Shown here: one piece after another, positions 1 through 10,304 of the stretch
Numbering within the stretch: the first letter of the stretch is position 1
Layout of the letters: each line of letters opens with the position of its first letter
Assembly (NCBI GenBank): GCA_964421635.1
Contig: CAYQWZ010000002.1
Coordinates: 1,749 to 65,748 of the forward strand
Origin: an uncultured Candidatus Saccharibacteria bacterium
GTDB lineage: Bacteria > Patescibacteriota > UBA1384 > CAILIB01 > JAUSJZ01
Reading direction: 5' to 3'
Length of the DNA stretch: 64,000 bases
Program-made: the position numbers and the translations under genes
The notes under the pieces: model-generated
What the model was told of the DNA's origin: nothing
The model's input: the letters and a program-made list of their open reading frames with translations, nothing else
The model's database searches: none

Positions 1-332
1 TGGTAATCGTTGAGCGTTTAAAATTTAAGGCTCGGCTACTACATGACCTAAACGTAATGAGCTTGAAGAGTAATCAGTATTTCAGTATGCAACTAGTTGA
101 TATCTCACGGCAATTTGAAAAATGGTTGTCTTGGTCGCAGGCGCACTTAACCTTACCGGCAGAGAAAGGCATAGCCAGAGCCGGTTAGAGTGTTAACAAC
201 TTCTACCTGGGTGTGCGATTGCCTTGTTACGGCTACCGCCCCATATTGGGATAACCGCAAATTACCCTACCTTGTTTGCCAAGATTGGGTAATAGTGTTA
301 ATAAAGTCGGTAGCACACCGTACCGCCATCTA

Positions 333-455
333 ACAACTTCTGGTCGTTGACGCAGAACAATAGCACGAATGCGTACAACGTCAACTTAGATAATGGCAAC
401 ACGAACAACAACAATATGACGAATGCTAACTACGTTCGTTGTGTCAGGCAACGAG
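333..455 (+). repeat. Candidate DGR template repeat (TR1) immediately upstream of RT1. AAC/AAT-rich, translating to NNFWSLTQNNSTNAYNVNLDNGNTNNNNMTNANYVRCVRQ.
   Basis: Seen: run of Asn codons and a C-terminal YVRCVR-like end typical of DGR templates. It sits directly 5' of a DGR-type RT start. No matching VR found in the window, so boundaries are approximate. Confidence 0.45.
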
Positions 456-480
456 GGTCTCTCTCTGCCCCTTTAAAAAA

Positions 481-1563
481 ATGGAAACCTATTTTACCTA
501 CGCTAATTTATACCGTGCATATCTCGATTGCCGCAAAAGAAAATCGAACAGTCTGTACTGTTTGCAGTTTAATGAGCGACTAGAAGAGAATCTGCTTGAT
601 CTAGAGAAACAGCTACAGGCCTGCACGTACCGGCCTGGTCGCTCCATTGCTTTTATTGTGCAGAAACCCAAAATTCGCGAAATCTTCGCCGCCGATTTTC
701 GCGACCGGGTAGTTCACCATCTACTCTATAATTATCTGTCGCCCATCTTTGAAAAGACTTTCATTCATGATTCCTATGCCTGCCGGCGCGGTAAAGGAAC
801 GCATCGCGCCCGGCTCCGGCTGCAAAAATTTATGGTACAAATCGAGAGAGAGAGAGAGAGAGAGAGCGGCGCTGCGCGCCAATATTATCTGCAAATGGAT
901 ATTAAAAGCTTTTTTACTTCCATCGACCAGCAAATTCTATATGACCTAATTGTCAAAAAAGTTAAAAACGAGGAGATTTTATGGTTGGCGAAAGTCATCA
1001 TTTTTCACGACTGTGCTCGTGACATTCCACCTAAAATCCAAAGTAGCCCCAGTCTGTTCGCCCAACTGCCGGCCGATAAATCTCTCTTTACGGCCCCGCG
1101 TGGCAAAGGCCTCCCAATCGGTAATCTGACCTCTCAATTTTTCGCCAATGTGTATTTAGATCAGCTTGACCAGTTCGTAAAACATACCTTAAAAGCACAC
1201 CGTTATATACGCTATGTCGATGATTTTTTGATTATTGGAGAAGACAAGACGACGCTAACTCTGATGCGCGCTCAAATAGCCGACTTTGTCGCGCAGAAAC
1301 TGATTCTAACAATCCACCCTAAAAAACAACACATCAGACCGATAGCAGATGGTATAGATTTTGTGGGTTTTATCATTCGGTCAGATTATGTACTGTTGCG
1401 TCGCCGCGTGGTGGGTGAATGGCGCTGGCGGTTGCGACATTGCACAAACCAATACAAGTACCAGCAAATCGCGGCATCATATAACGCTCAAGCCGCCTGG
1501 GCGAATAGCCATACGTTGATTATATCTCGTACTGCTCGGCGGCAAATTTCGCCTGATCAATAA
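481..1563 (+). CDS. Reverse transcriptase, DGR-type (RT1)
   Basis: ORF 439..1563 with a likely start at M15 (atggaaacc at 481). Motifs seen: FIHDSYACRRGKGTHRA, PIGNLTSQFFANVYLD (the [I/L]GxxxSQ motif that distinguishes DGR RTs from group II intron RTs) and YVDDF (YxDD active site). Paralogous to RT2 at 35028. Confidence 0.75.
   Translation: METYFTYANLYRAYLDCRKRKSNSLYCLQFNERLEENLLDLEKQLQACTYRPGRSIAFIVQKPKIREIFAADFRDRVVHHLLYNYLSPIFEKTFIHDSYACRRGKGTHRARLRLQKFMVQIERERERESGAARQYYLQMDIKSFFTSIDQQILYDLIVKKVKNEEILWLAKVIIFHDCARDIPPKIQSSPSLFAQLPADKSLFTAPRGKGLPIGNLTSQFFANVYLDQLDQFVKHTLKAHRYIRYVDDFLIIGEDKTTLTLMRAQIADFVAQKLILTIHPKKQHIRPIADGIDFVGFIIRSDYVLLRRRVVGEWRWRLRHCTNQYKYQQIAASYNAQAAWANSHTLIISRTARRQISPDQ
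844..866 (+). repeat. (GA)11 dinucleotide repeat inside the RT1 coding sequence (encodes ERERERES)
   Basis: Seen directly: gagagagagagagagagagagag. Confidence 0.9.
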
Positions 1564-2563
1564 GTACTTGTTTGGCGTTGCCAAGAACCCCAAGCTCATA
1601 AAATGCTAAAATCGCCAATTTATACGTATTTACATTTACCGCTCGGAGAGAAAGGGGGAACGAATCGTTAGCGTAAAGCAGGGCGTTTGCCAAGATTCTA
1701 CCCGTTCGTTTATTTCCATCATTGAATGGTTGTAGATAGCAAATATAGGTAAATGCTAATAGGGTTTTTTCAAAAATGCTTTCCTTCTCATTCACAACAT
1801 CACAAAATCTTTGCAACTCATCGTTAATCTGGTGTTTATTATCTAATGGCTGGTAGACACTACCCGTAATACCGACAGCCTGCTCGCGTATATCAAATGA
1901 GAAAAGCCCTTTTGCTAAGATCTTGTGCAGATCAATAACCAAAGATGGGGTCAGTTTTTTAGAAAAGGCTTCTTTCTGGTCAGCGGTAAAATCAAGGGCG
2001 TGCTTATGATTTAAGATCATGACAGTCTCTTCCTTGCTTTTGCCCTTTCCCACTACGCCATCTTTAATTAGCGATTCAGTTTCTAGTAGTGAGTATGTAT
2101 TTCCTTCAAATTGAGATGACTTCCACGACAACTCAATTGTCATGCGTTCACGTTCGCGTCGAATGAGATCTGTTGGAGCGTTCAATAGTTTTTGCTTAAA
2201 TATCCCGTTAAATCGTTCTAGCTGCTTCACATCATCCTGAGTGAATAGAGGAAGAGAGCGTAATGTATCGAGCCGTGTAAAATCATAACGAATTGGCGGA
2301 CGATTTTCCTCACTAAATAGTTTACTTAATACTTCCTCAGAGAGAGTGACACCCGTCATTCCTAATGGGGTTGTCTGATATACCGTTGCGCGCGCCTCCC
2401 CTTTTCGAGCTACTACACCATAATCTACTAACTTACTTAAGTCGCGTTGGAGCGTACGTTCGGTGACATCTTTAAACTCCCCTCGTTCCATAATTTGGGT
2501 GAGAGTGTTCTTGCCTAAGAGAATCGTGGCAATGAGTTGTTGTTGACGATTTGTGTAGTTCAT
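1520..2563 (-). CDS. Fic family protein with N-terminal HTH
   Basis: ORF 1520..2599. The Fic motif LQPFNDGNKRTGR matches HxFx(D/E)GNGRxxR. The N-terminal region is a winged-HTH-like segment. Start is probably M13 (MNYTNRQQQ), because the upstream palindrome occupies the would-be RBS of M1. Confidence 0.75.
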   Translation of the reverse strand: MNYTNRQQQLIATILLGKNTLTQIMERGEFKDVTERTLQRDLSKLVDYGVVARKGEARATVYQTTPLGMTGVTLSEEVLSKLFSEENRPPIRYDFTRLDTLRSLPLFTQDDVKQLERFNGIFKQKLLNAPTDLIRRERERMTIELSWKSSQFEGNTYSLLETESLIKDGVVGKGKSKEETVMILNHKHALDFTADQKEAFSKKLTPSLVIDLHKILAKGLFSFDIREQAVGITGSVYQPLDNKHQINDELQRFCDVVNEKESIFEKTLLAFTYICYLQPFNDGNKRTGRILANALLYANDSFPLSLRAVNVNTYKLAILAFYELGVLGNAKQVLIDQAKFAAEQYEI

Positions 2564-2605
2564 AATGTAAGTGTACCTAGTATCCCGACATTTTGCCACA
2601 GTTAT

Positions 2606-2622
2606 CCCGACAATTTGTCGGG
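2606..2622. promoter_or_regulatory. Perfect palindrome CCCGACAATTTGTCGGG in the Fic upstream region, with extra ATCCCGACA half-sites at ~2583 and ~2570; candidate operator
   Basis: Seen: inverted repeat plus two additional half-site copies within 60 nt upstream of the Fic gene. Confidence 0.4.
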
Positions 2623-2741
2623 TTTCTTACACATTATTATCTTTATAATAAACCAGCATTAACTGATCCAACCACTTAAGAAACAGTTCAATATAAGGTG
2701 CATCAGGTCCATTCCCTGACTTTTTGAGAGGGATCAAGGTT

Positions 2742-3074
2742 ATGGCTGAATCAGATTTCTTTGGTCAATTCGTAAAGCCACCTACTTCATCTGGGGAAGT
2801 TATTCTGGATAACCTTGAAGAACACGAACTTGTTCTGGCGCCGAGAGGCGGCGGCTGTAGGATCAGATACACAGCTATTGCTGATCCCGGGAGGGTGCTC
2901 ACTGAGCCCGAAGTCATTACTGTGGCCTATGTCTTTGCCACCGCCGACAACTCTCCCTTGATGGTAGAGCATCACTGCGTGCTGGTTATACCAGCCGTTT
3001 CTTCCCTGAAATATGATATTCCGCTACTGCAAACTGGCGAGCCTACTTACATCACCATCACAGACGCAGATTGA
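2742..3074 (+). CDS. Hypothetical protein (110 aa), moderately GC-enriched (~50%)
   Basis: ORF 2724..3074 with an ATG at 2742 preceded by a GAGGGA RBS-like sequence. No recognisable family. Confidence 0.45.
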   Translation: MAESDFFGQFVKPPTSSGEVILDNLEEHELVLAPRGGGCRIRYTAIADPGRVLTEPEVITVAYVFATADNSPLMVEHHCVLVIPAVSSLKYDIPLLQTGEPTYITITDAD

Positions 3075-3164
3075 ACGTGCTGTGATCTGTTGTACTTAAC
3101 CGGAGTCAAACTTTTTTGGCTTCGTTTTTTTGTTGAGTTTGTTTATGCAATGTAAGCTAACAAT

Positions 3165-3715
3165 ATGACTGAAAAAGATATCTTAAATTTAATTCAAAAA
3201 GACGAATGGATGATGCGTGTTTTGCGTATTGCAGAAAAACAGAATCTTAAAGATTGGGTTATTGGGGCAGGATTTATTCGTAATAAAGTCTGGGACTATT
3301 TACACGAATTTGATAATAAAAAAGTCGACACTCCTGATGTTGATTTAGTCTATTTTGACCCAAATGGGAATGATGAAAAAGCTGATGAGAAATTATCTAA
3401 AAAACTAAAAAAAGAAACTAAAATTAATTGGGAAGTTGTGAATGAGTTCTACGCTCATAAATGGAATAAGATTCCACCTTATAAATCGACCGAAGATGCT
3501 CTCTCTCAATGGTGCGAAACAGCAACTGGTTTAGGCGTATATCTAAAAATAATGAACTTTATTTAGTTGCACCACATGGAATTCATGATTTAGTCAAGCT
3601 TATTGTTAGAAAAAGTCCAAAATTTCCGGGAAAAACAGAAATATTTAAAAAAAGAGTTGAGCAAAAACAATGGCTTGCAAAGTGGCCAAAGCTACAACTT
3701 ATAGATGAGACCTAG
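3165..3715 (+). pseudogene. Nucleotidyltransferase family (NTP_transf_6/DUF925-like) gene split by a frameshift
   Basis: Two overlapping ORFs, 3165..3566 and 3509..3715, in different frames together make ~183 aa. The N-terminal part reads WVIGAGFIRNKVWDYLH...DVDLVYFD. The frame change falls near an A-run at ~3545. Confidence 0.45.
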
Positions 3716-3752
3716 AGTTTTTGTTTTCGTATTTAAGGTAAAATGGAAGGTA

Positions 3753-5519
3753 ATGAAGCGATTGTTATTTGTTTTTATTTATCTTTGGTTGTTTTGGCCG
3801 GTGAGCACTTTGGCGGCTGGTATTGGATGTGAATTTGATAACTACATTACCACTTTTAATTTAAACGAAGACAGCTCTGTTTCTGTAACGGAAAAAATTG
3901 ACTTAGTCTGCCAAGACTATAACGGCATGCATGGAATTTACAGAGTTTTGCCAACCGTTGCGGCGCGGCCAGATGACAATTATAAGTCAACTAAGGTTAG
4001 GCTGGTTTCAATTACAGACGCGGAAGGCAACACTTATGACTATTCAGCCACCAACTATTCAGACACAGTGCAGTACAAAATTGGTGACACAGATATAACA
4101 ATCGACCAGCCTGCAACTTACATCATAAAATATGAGGTGCAAAACGCCATCTTTTATTCAAGCGAATTGGGTAAGGATGTATTCAATTGGAATGTGCAAT
4201 CCTTTTTAAACGATTATGCAACCAACAATGTTGCTATTGAAGTTAATTTTCCAGTTGGGCTAGACGAGCAGAATGTTCATACAAATTTGTATAGTGGATA
4301 CGCTTCGAGCGAAGCTAATCCCTCTCAAGAGAACCCTTATGCAGAAATGTTTTGGAGCGAGAATAAATTAAATATTTTTAACACTAGCGCTTTGGGGGTT
4401 GAGCAGGGCATTACTTTATTCGCCACTTTCGACTCTGGAATTTTCACCTACTATCAGCCGACATTTTGGGAGCAGTACAGCTTACTTTTTCAAATTCTGA
4501 TTGCTCTTATTATTCCTATATTTGTCGGTCGCTATCTGTATGGCATTTGGCGAAAATACGGAGATGACCCAGATGTTGTCGGCTCCATTGCCCCAGCTTT
4601 TGCACCGCCTAAAAAATTGCGACCCTTGGAGCTTGGAATACTACAAAAAGCCACCCCAACGGTTGACAACCAATTAATCACCGCCACCTTAATAGATTTA
4701 GCTGTGCGCGGGTTCATTACCATTGAAGAAGTGAAAAAAGGGCCTTTCAAAACGAAGGATTGGATAATAAAATTAAACACCAAAGCTAAACCAAAAATTA
4801 AACAGCTTCGACCTTTTGAGCAAGAGTTTTTAAACATTATACTGTCGGATTCAAAGTTGAAAGATAACGACGGTAATCAGATTATGGGGGTAGAGAATTA
4901 TCTATCCGATTCTATGAAATCCTATGCGAAAAGTACTAACGCGGTAGCCAAAAAAGCCTTCGACACGCTTAAAGAAGAAGGATTAGTAGACAAGGAAGGC
5001 AAAAAGTATCAGGCTATATTTTTGGGAATTGGCATCTTTCTGTTAATCATTTCATTTCAAATTCTATTCTTTGTTCCGAGTATTGGTTTTGCAATGTTAA
5101 CCAGTGGCATTCTGCTAGTCGTTTTCGGCGCCATTATGCCCCGTCGTACTGAAGAAGGGTCGTTCCTTTATCATGAGTCAAAAGGATTTCAATTGTACAT
5201 GAAAACGGCGGAGAAATACCGTCAGCAGTTTTTTGAAAAAGAAAATATCTTTGAGAAATATTTACCTTACGCCATTGGCTTTGGTATTGTCTCGCAGTGG
5301 AAAAAGGCGGTAGAGAAACTGTATCCTAAGCAGATGAAGAATTATCATCCGGTTTGGTATGTTGGTAGCTCAAACTTTTCGGTTTCTTCTTTCACAAGTT
5401 CAATAAATTCTATTAGTAGTTCTGTTTCGTCGAGCGTGGCCAGCTCGGGCTCAGGTGGAGTTTCCGGCGGTGGATTTTCGGGCGGAGGTGGTGGAGGCGG
5501 CGGCGCTGGTGGTTGGTAA
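3753..5519 (+). CDS. DUF2207 domain membrane protein
   Basis: Signal/TM at the start (MKRLLFVFIYLWLFWPVSTLAA), internal TM segments, and a C-terminal Ser/Gly-rich tail ending GGGGGGGGAGGW typical of DUF2207. Confidence 0.7.
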   Translation: MKRLLFVFIYLWLFWPVSTLAAGIGCEFDNYITTFNLNEDSSVSVTEKIDLVCQDYNGMHGIYRVLPTVAARPDDNYKSTKVRLVSITDAEGNTYDYSATNYSDTVQYKIGDTDITIDQPATYIIKYEVQNAIFYSSELGKDVFNWNVQSFLNDYATNNVAIEVNFPVGLDEQNVHTNLYSGYASSEANPSQENPYAEMFWSENKLNIFNTSALGVEQGITLFATFDSGIFTYYQPTFWEQYSLLFQILIALIIPIFVGRYLYGIWRKYGDDPDVVGSIAPAFAPPKKLRPLELGILQKATPTVDNQLITATLIDLAVRGFITIEEVKKGPFKTKDWIIKLNTKAKPKIKQLRPFEQEFLNIILSDSKLKDNDGNQIMGVENYLSDSMKSYAKSTNAVAKKAFDTLKEEGLVDKEGKKYQAIFLGIGIFLLIISFQILFFVPSIGFAMLTSGILLVVFGAIMPRRTEEGSFLYHESKGFQLYMKTAEKYRQQFFEKENIFEKYLPYAIGFGIVSQWKKAVEKLYPKQMKNYHPVWYVGSSNFSVSSFTSSINSISSSVSSSVASSGSGGVSGGGFSGGGGGGGGAGGW

Positions 5520-5598
5520 GATTTTGCTAAAATAAAAATGCTCGGTGTAAACTCCACCTTTGGCGGAGGATGACGCCGAGCATTAATATTGACGGCTG

Positions 5599-5766
5599 TT
5601 ATTTAGTAACCTGTTTTTTGATTTTTTCGATCTCTTTGACCGCTTTGCCTTTCAGCTCCTTAGCTTTTTTGGCGGTGCTTTCTCTATTTTTTTTATCTGA
5701 GAAAAAAACCGCCGCAGCGCCTGCTGCCAGACCGGCTAATAGATATTTTAATTTGCCCGATGACAT
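5599..5766 (-). CDS. Small (55 aa) YtxH-like protein with an N-terminal hydrophobic segment and a Lys-rich helix
   Basis: Translated by hand from the reverse strand: MSSGKLKYLLAGLAAGAAAVFFSDKKNRESTAKKAKELKGKAVKEIEKIKKQVTK. Not in the ORF track because it is under 60 aa. Confidence 0.3.
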   Translation of the reverse strand: MSSGKLKYLLAGLAAGAAAVFFSDKKNRESTAKKAKELKGKAVKEIEKIKKQVTK

Positions 5767-5799
5767 AACGATTATTTACTTATCAAATATATTATACTC

Positions 5800-6765
5800 T
5801 TAAATATCTTTCGGTTGGCTGTCTTCTTTTTGGGTTAAATACCAGCGTGCTTCCAAAGCGGCTTTGCATCCGGCGCCGGCGGCGGTAATTGCTTGACGAT
5901 ATTTCCAGTCGTTGACATCGCCGGCTACGAAAACTCCTTCAATATTAGAATGCGGCGCGTTATCTGTCTTGATGTATCCTTCGTCATTTGTGGTAATAAA
6001 ATCTTTAAATATTTTTGTATTAGGATTATGACCGATAGACAGAAAAACTCCGTCAATTTTCATCTCAGAGATTTCATTCGTTTGGTTATTTTTGACAATA
6101 ACTTTCTCTAACTTTTTATCTCCTACATATTCTGTAATCTCAGTATTAAAAAGCCACTCAATTTTTTTATCTTGGCGGGCTCTCTCAAGCATTATTTTGG
6201 AAGCTCTTATTTTTTCATCCTTACCTTTGCGAACTAGTATAGTGACTTTCTTGGCGAACTTAGTTAAGAATGTTGCTTCCTCCATGGCGGCGTCTCCAGC
6301 ACCAACTACCACTAATTCTTTATCTTTATAGAAATATCCGTCGCAGGTAGCGCAGGTATGCACTCCCTTACTTTTCAATTCTTTCTCGCCCTTAACATTG
6401 AGCCAGCGGGCAGAGGCACCTGTAGCTAAAATCACCGAGTCAGCCTCAAATTTGCCAGCACTCTTGATTGAAATTGTAAAAGGATTATCTTTTAAATTCA
6501 CTTTTTTGGCCTCGTCGTAAATTACTTCAGCTCCGTATTTTTGGGCTTGCTTAATCATATCTTGCATTAACTTTGGGCCTTGAATGCCGTCGGGAAAACC
6601 AGGAAAATTATCGACATCCGTAGTCCACATTAACTGTCCACCCGGTTCAGAACCAGCAATAACGATTGGTTTTAATTCGGCTCGGGCGGCGTAAAGGGCG
6701 GCGGTCATGCCAGCTGGTCCGGATCCTAAAATGATTAATTTGGTTTTTCTCTTTTTGCTGTTCAT
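5800..6765 (-). CDS. trxB: Thioredoxin-disulfide reductase
   Basis: FAD/NAD-binding GxGxxG motifs and the redox-active CATCDG motif are seen. Confidence 0.9.
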   Translation of the reverse strand: MNSKKRKTKLIILGSGPAGMTAALYAARAELKPIVIAGSEPGGQLMWTTDVDNFPGFPDGIQGPKLMQDMIKQAQKYGAEVIYDEAKKVNLKDNPFTISIKSAGKFEADSVILATGASARWLNVKGEKELKSKGVHTCATCDGYFYKDKELVVVGAGDAAMEEATFLTKFAKKVTILVRKGKDEKIRASKIMLERARQDKKIEWLFNTEITEYVGDKKLEKVIVKNNQTNEISEMKIDGVFLSIGHNPNTKIFKDFITTNDEGYIKTDNAPHSNIEGVFVAGDVNDWKYRQAITAAGAGCKAALEARWYLTQKEDSQPKDI

Positions 6766-6817
6766 AAATATTTTTACTTTCGTTTTTCCAGCATAGCAAA
6801 TTTAATAAATTAAACTC

Positions 6818-6846
6818 TTGACACACCCGAGCATATAGCGTAGTTT
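6818..6846 (+). promoter_or_regulatory. Candidate promoter reading toward the 23S rRNA (TTGACA-17-TAGTTT)
   Basis: Seen: a consensus -35 with a weak -10, about 270 nt upstream of the 23S 5' end. Confidence 0.3.
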
Positions 6847-7615
6847 TAATAGAGTCTAATGTGTAAACAAAATACAATCTGAATGTAGCGCGAAAAAAGT
6901 ATTTTTATTTTTTTCTCGCGCCAGACGGCGCGTTTTTGTTTCTCTAGGCATGAACATTAACAATTAATCTAATTAGTGGAATAATTATCACAATTATTCT
7001 TCCGATATAAAAAAGAAACGTAGAAACGCGTATTCATATTTACAAAAATGTAAGTCATTAATCATAATCTTCAAGCTAAGTTCGCTTAGCCTCAGAGATA
7101 GTGAGCCTCGCAAGAGGTCGAGTAAGAAATGACGTACGAGCACAAGGTGGATGCCTTGGTAGACACGACCGATGAAGGACGTCTGAGCCTGCGATAAGCT
7201 TCGGGGAGCTGGCAACAAAGCTATGATCCGGAGATTTCCGAATGGGGTAACCTATCTACTATATGTAGATGCTAGTGGGTGCGAGTCCCGCTAGACGAAG
7301 ACCTGGTGAACTGAAACATCTTATTAACCAGAGGAAAAGAAATAAATTAGATTCCGTTAGTAGTGGCGAGCGAACGCGGAACAGCCCAAACCACGTTTAT
7401 TAAATGTGGGGTTGTAGGGTAAAAGTGGAGATATCTCGTAGTGAAAAAATTAAGTTATATAACAGAAGGAACCTGGAATAGGACCGCCATAGAGGGTGAT
7501 AGCCCCGTATGTGAAATGTAACTTAACACTATGACTTTTAATCCTGAGTACCACGAAGCACGAGAAACTTTGTGGGAATCTGGGGCGATCACGCTCCAAG
7601 GCTAAATATAGTGTC

Positions 7616-7662
<47 letters not shown>

Positions 7663-8227
7663 GATGAGGGGAGTGAAATAGTATCCTGAAACCTTGATGC
7701 TTCCAAGCAAGTAGGAGCCGGCATGTCCGGTGACTGCGTGCCTTTTGTAGAATGCGCCACCGAGTTAGCCGTAGATTGCTGGTTAAGGCGATATTGCTGT
7801 AGCCATAGGGAAACCGAGTCTGAATAAGGCGAAATATAAGTAGTCTGCGCTAAACCCGAAACCGTGTGAGCTATCCATGACCAGGGTGAACCCTCTTTAA
7901 ACGGAGGGGGAGGCCCGAACCAGGAAGTGTTGCAATACTTTTGGATGAGTTGTGGATAGGGGTAAAATGCCTATCGAACACGGCAATAGCTGGTTCTCTT
8001 CGAAATATATTTAGGTATAGCCGTCAGTGTTCCTGCTTGAGGTAGAGCACTTAATGGTTGCTTTGGGTCTTCGGATCCGACACCAATAAAACTCCGAATT
8101 CAAGTTAGTCATAACTGACGAGTCAGACTGTGGGGGCTAAGCTCCATGGTCGAAAGGGAAAGAGCCCAGATCGCAAGCTAAGGTCCCTAACTAGTATCTC
8201 AGTGGAAAAGGATGTGTTATCTCCAAT

Positions 8228-8258
<31 letters not shown>

Positions 8259-9014
8259 TCCTTTAAAAAGTGCGTAAAAGCTTACTGGTCTAGCGGTTTA
8301 CCGCAAGAGATGATGCGCCGAAAATTTAACGGGGCTTAAGGTACTGGCCGAAGCTGCGAACTTGTTGAATTATTAAAATTTAGCGAGTGGTAGAAGAGCG
8401 TTCGTGTTGTTGTGAAGCAATACCTGTGAGGGGTTGTGGAACGGCACGAAGTGAGAATGGTGGCATGAGTAACGTTTCAGTCAGGTGAGAACCCTGACCT
8501 CCGAATATCCAAGGTTTCCTGGGCAACGAGAATCGACCCAGGGTTAGGCGGCCCTAAGGTGAACCCGAAAGGGGTAGCCGATGGACAGACGGTTAATATT
8601 CCGTCCCCTATTTTAGTGCAACTGTATGACGCATTTAGGTGGTAGCAAGTTCCAATGGGAATATCTTGCTGCGAACTGGGTGACTAGAAAAGTACAGGTT
8701 AAAGGCTAAAATGGACCGTACCGATAACCGACGCCGGTGGATAGGTCGAGTAGACCAAGGAGATCGGAAGAACCTTCGTTAAGGAACTCGGCAAAAAAGC
8801 GTCCGTAACTTCGGGATAAGGACTGCCAACCTAATTTATTAGGTAGGCCGCAGCGAAAGAATCCAGGCGACTGTTTAGCAAAAACACAGCTCCGTGCTAA
8901 CTCGTAAGAGGATGTATACGGAGTGACGCCTGCCCAATGCCAGAAGGTTAAGGGGAATGCTAACATTTTTTGAAGGCATGAACTGAAGCCCTGGTGAATG
9001 GCGGCGGTAACTAT

Positions 9015-9281
9015 TAAGGTTAGTAGTTATAAAATTTGGCCAAATGCTGGAAACTCTGAGTATCTTGCGCTACTATAGAATAAATACTAGTTCGGTATAT
9101 GTTCGGTAGTAAAAATGCGACAAGTGCAGACAATCAGCAGGAAAGACTCTCATATGAAAGAATCCTCAGAGACTATACGCCAAACTCCTGAATAGGAGAT
9201 GATATAGTCCGATCTGTATGGCGACATGCAGAGTTAGGCAGAAATGTCTAGCCCACTCAACTTGAGTGAGTAACAATAATG
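9015..9281 (+). mobile_element. Group-I-like intron 1 in 23S (ORF-less, ~267 nt), at about E. coli position 1917
   Basis: The exon sequence AACTAT|...|AACCGTCCTATGGTAGCG is interrupted. The 5' exon ends in U and the insert ends in G (the group I rule). Confidence 0.6.
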
Positions 9282-9315
9282 AACCGTCCTATGGTAGCGA
9301 AATTCCTTGTCGGGT

Positions 9316-9756
9316 AAATCAAGTCGGAAAAACTTGCCCGAAAGTTGCAGCAATGCAGCTTCAGTAAACTGGCTCAAAACGGTGAAGCCTAAAGTGGTTA
9401 ATCAAATTGTCATGCTGACGGTGCCACAATGGTAATACCGTGGGAAGTCTCTGCTTCGGCAGATGACCCCGTAACGACTGAGACGAAAGTCAAGACTCAC
9501 TACAGGTGGGTAATACGGCCAGCTCTTGCATAAAAAAGGATATATGAATTTTGCAGCTTACATTACCGGTTTCGTAGACGGAGAAGGGTGTTTCATAAAG
9601 AAACATTTGAATCCTCAAGTTTTAAAAGAAATCATTACGACTTCTTATAAAATGAACGATTCTGGGACAAGAAAGTTAAGCCAAGCAAAACTTCTAAGTA
9701 TCTTGTAAGATGAAGGTATAGTCTGATCCAACATGAAAGTGTTGTAACATTCAGTG
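9316..9756 (+). mobile_element. Group-I-like intron 2 in 23S (~441 nt), at about E. coli 1949-1951, carrying a LAGLIDADG remnant
   Basis: Exon CGGGT|...|AAGTTCCGACCCGCACGAATGGCG. It contains the shared core motif AATACCGTGGGAAGT...ACCCCGTAACGACTG closed by a UUCG-loop hairpin instead of an ORF. Confidence 0.6.
9526..9708 (+). pseudogene. Truncated LAGLIDADG homing endonuclease remnant (60 aa) inside intron 2
   Basis: A single LAGLIDADG motif (ITGFVDGEGCF). Too short to be a functional enzyme. Confidence 0.5.
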
Positions 9757-10304
9757 AAGTTCCGACCCGCACGAATGGCGTAACGATCTGGATACTGTCT
9801 CAACGAAGGATCCGGTGAAATTCCACTACCGGTAAAGATGCCGGTTAGATGCAGAAAGACGAAAAGACCCCGTGAAGCTTTACTATAGTTTGGCATTGTT
9901 GTATAACGATGTTTGCGCAGCATAGGTGGGAGACTTTGAAACTCTAACTTCGGTTAGATGGAGTCACCAGTGAGATACCACCTGAGTGTTGATATGCAAC
10001 TCACTCCCGGTTAAGACGGGAAGACAGTGTCTGATGGGTAGTTTAACTGGGGCGGTTGCCTCCTAAATTGTAACGGAGGCGTTCAAAGGTTTACTTGGCC
10101 AGGATGGAAATCTGGCAATAAAGTGTAAAAGCATAAGTAAGCTTGACTGCAAGACCTTCAAGTCGAGCAGATGCGAAAGCAGGATTTAGTGATCCGACAC
10201 TTACATGTGAAAGTGGTGTCGCTCAACGGATAAAAGTTACTCCGGGGATAACAGGCTTATTGCGCCCAATAGCCCATATAGACGGCGCAGTTTGGCACCT
10301 CGAT

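Noticed and set aside
347-583. 78-aa ORF MTQNNSTNAYNVNLDNGNTNNNN...
   Set aside because: It is simply the translation of the Asn-codon-rich template-like segment running into the RT start. It is informative as evidence for a TR but is not itself a gene.
721-949. ORFs 721..933(-) and 749..949(+)
   Set aside because: Embedded in RT1 in other frames, created partly by the (GA)11 tract. RT1's frame carries the conserved RT motifs.
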